Translations under genes and position numbers: made by a program
Shown here: in pieces, positions 62,095-64,000 of the stretch
How the letters are laid out: every line of letters starts with the position of its first letter
Position numbering within the stretch: position 1 is the first letter of the stretch
From: Rhodosorus marinus CCMP1338
Lineage: Eukaryota; Plantae; Rhodophyta
Direction of reading: 5' to 3'
Length of the DNA: 64,000 nt
NCBI GenBank assembly: GCA_029953675.1
Contig: JAMWBK010000002.1
Location: 3,286,001-3,350,000, forward strand
Notes under the pieces: model-generated
The model's database searches: none
The model's input: only the letters and a program-made list of their open reading frames with translations
What the model was told of the DNA's origin: nothing

Positions 62095-63381
62095 GACCAC
62101 AGCCAAGGAACGCGAAGGCCGTGTGAAATTCGAAGTCCTGATGCTAGACTTAGCGGGTCTTAGCGGCTCTTGGTTTATAGTTGACAGCAACGCAAGTGCT
62201 TGGGTAGGAATCTTAACCACAAAACTGAACATGTATATAAGTTATACGCGACTCACTGAGGCAGCGGTCAAGAAGAGGGCAGAACCTACTGGCAGAGAAA
62301 ACCAAGGCACCATCGCATCACCTGTTGACCCGAAGGGTGGAGGTGCACTGACTGTCAATGGTAAACGGTCCCACGCCTCTGGCAATTCTGAGGAAGAGCG
62401 CTTTGACCGGTTTTGGCGTACATTGAGTTCGACGCTCGCTTTTCGAGAGGTGCAAGGACCTCACCGGCCAAGAGGATCTTAAACGGTAGATCCTGATGAA
62501 TTTCTAGAGGGGGACACCAGATCGATCGACCAGAGTCTGACCATTTAAGGGCCCATCGAACACCAAGTCGGGAGTTCTGCTTTCCCCTGAATCAAAGCTT
62601 GAAGGAGCCCCTCATTGCCAGGGTATCGGCAAGGGCAGCTAAGCAAACTCGTGTCAGAACTTTAGTCTGCCATTAAAACAATGAGCCTTGAGAGGTAGTA
62701 CCGCCACTCCAACACGATTTCTGCAGAAAAGAGCTCTACTCGGACCGCGATATTTCTGCCCAAGCTCGACGAAGGAAGGAAAGGAACCTTGGAGCAGATC
62801 CAGGGCAGATCCAAATCCAGGACTACTCTCCGATCACGGGTCCACCATAGAATCAAATTTTACAATTCTCGTTCGTAACGAAACGGATTCGGTCCAAGCC
62901 ATAGAAACCAACGCCGGACCGCCCCCCCCCCCGACAAAGACCCTCAAGAACCCATGGCTTCTTAAAACCACCTTTAAAAGTCATCATCTAGAAGACACTA
63001 TTTCTTAGTATAATATTAAAATATTGAATATTTATTAGATATAAATTTGTTCAGTATCTGTGACACTTAAGACCTACTGTTAGGTTTCAACTGTTCAAAA
63101 AGCAGTTGTCCTTTGCGCACTTGTCAGTACCAGGGGGCTGTGAAGAGGTTGGCAGGAGAGAAGGGCGAGAGAGACCTGCTGAATGTGGGGAAGGATAGTA
63201 TGAAAGCGTTTACGATAGAAGCTACTTTTGAGATGTCTAGGGGAGGTATTGCAGAGGAAGGTTAGAGAGTTGTTCTCTCTATCTCTTCATTCTGTCTGGT
63301 GGTGGCGTGTGTTCGTTTTGCAGAACTGGGTTGGTGAGACTTTGGGAGAGTGGAGGTGGTAGTTTTTCTGGGTGAGTCCAT

Positions 63382-64000
63382 ATGGATTCGCTTTTCAATC
63401 AGAGTTTGCAGGGTCTCGTGAAAGGGATTCGATCGAACAGACGGGATGAAGAGAGCTTTCTTAGGGCCAAGTATGCGGAGTGCACAGAGGAGGCGCGAAA
63501 TCCAGATCCGCAGACGAAGGGGAATGCCCTTCTGAAGCTCACCTATGTACGGCCACCTAACACCATTCTTTGCATTTTAACTTGGGGACCATTGGTTTCT
63601 GGAAACAGCGACCTAAAGCAATGTTTTTTCATGGTTTGCTACAATGTAGTTGCAGCTGTTTGGTTTCAACTTTGGATCTTCTTCATTCGAAGTGACCGTG
63701 GTCATGAGCCGTCCGGACTTTCAGCTGAAGAGAATCGGATATTTTGCTGCAGCGCAGTCGTTCTCTCCGAGGACTGATGTTCTTCTTCTAACTACAAATC
63801 AGTTCAAAAAGGTGAGGAAAGCACGGCGCCCTATTATCGGAAAGTCTTAGTTCTTGACACGCGTGCGCGTCCTGAATACAACATCTGGAAAACTTCTTAC
63901 AGGACCTAGTTCGGGGGCGTAATGCCGACTGCTCGTTGGCGCTCTCATGCCTTGCAAAGATAAGTACAGAGGAGTTCGGCCGAGACATTGGAGAGGATGT
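63382..64000 (+). CDS. AP3D1: AP-3 complex subunit delta, 5' part; truncated by the window end
   Basis: Motifs SLQGLVKGIRS, ALLKLTY, KRIGYFAAAQSF and DVLLLTTNQFKKDL, joined across two introns. Confidence 0.92.

Overview
This is eukaryotic nuclear DNA from a compact, gene-dense genome, with short GT-AG introns (about 55-150 nt) and short AT-rich spacers between head-to-head genes. It is most likely a red alga (inference). The support is nuclear genes with simple plastid transit peptides carrying an early Phe (MSYAFVSG in Tic20, MGFAFSL in PIN-PhoH) and a mannosyl-3-phosphoglycerate phosphatase-like gene, which fits digeneaside chemistry. I assembled about 22 spliced protein genes by hand. In order they are: IBTK-like ANK/RCC1, SC35, HslU, MpgP-like HAD, UMP-CMP kinase, PIN-PhoH, SF3B5, a 2OG-oxygenase-like protein, a SAM carrier, a bZIP factor, CRAL-TRIO, a TBC RabGAP, ARL5, Tic20, UBE2J1, MIT-RING, ATP10, PPR, PAP2, a GT49 glycosyltransferase, a USP4/15-like deubiquitinase, and the 5' part of AP3D1. 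Decayed Ty3/Gypsy and Ty1/Copia fragments lie between genes. I saw no rRNA, tRNA or CRISPR array. The most notable findings are: (1) an intron-bearing, apparently plastid-targeted bacterial PhoH2-type PIN+ATPase; (2) an intron-bearing bacterial-type MpgP; (3) an orphan 75-nt ferredoxin exon with intact splice sites, absent from the ORF track and phase-compatible with the upstream RING gene; (4) a TM-FN3-CBM-GT49 architecture; (5) a perfect 19-bp hairpin and a 73-bp tandem array; (6) a G/T strand skew marking gene 5' ends that points to unannotated genes. All family calls come from motif recognition by eye; no searches were run.
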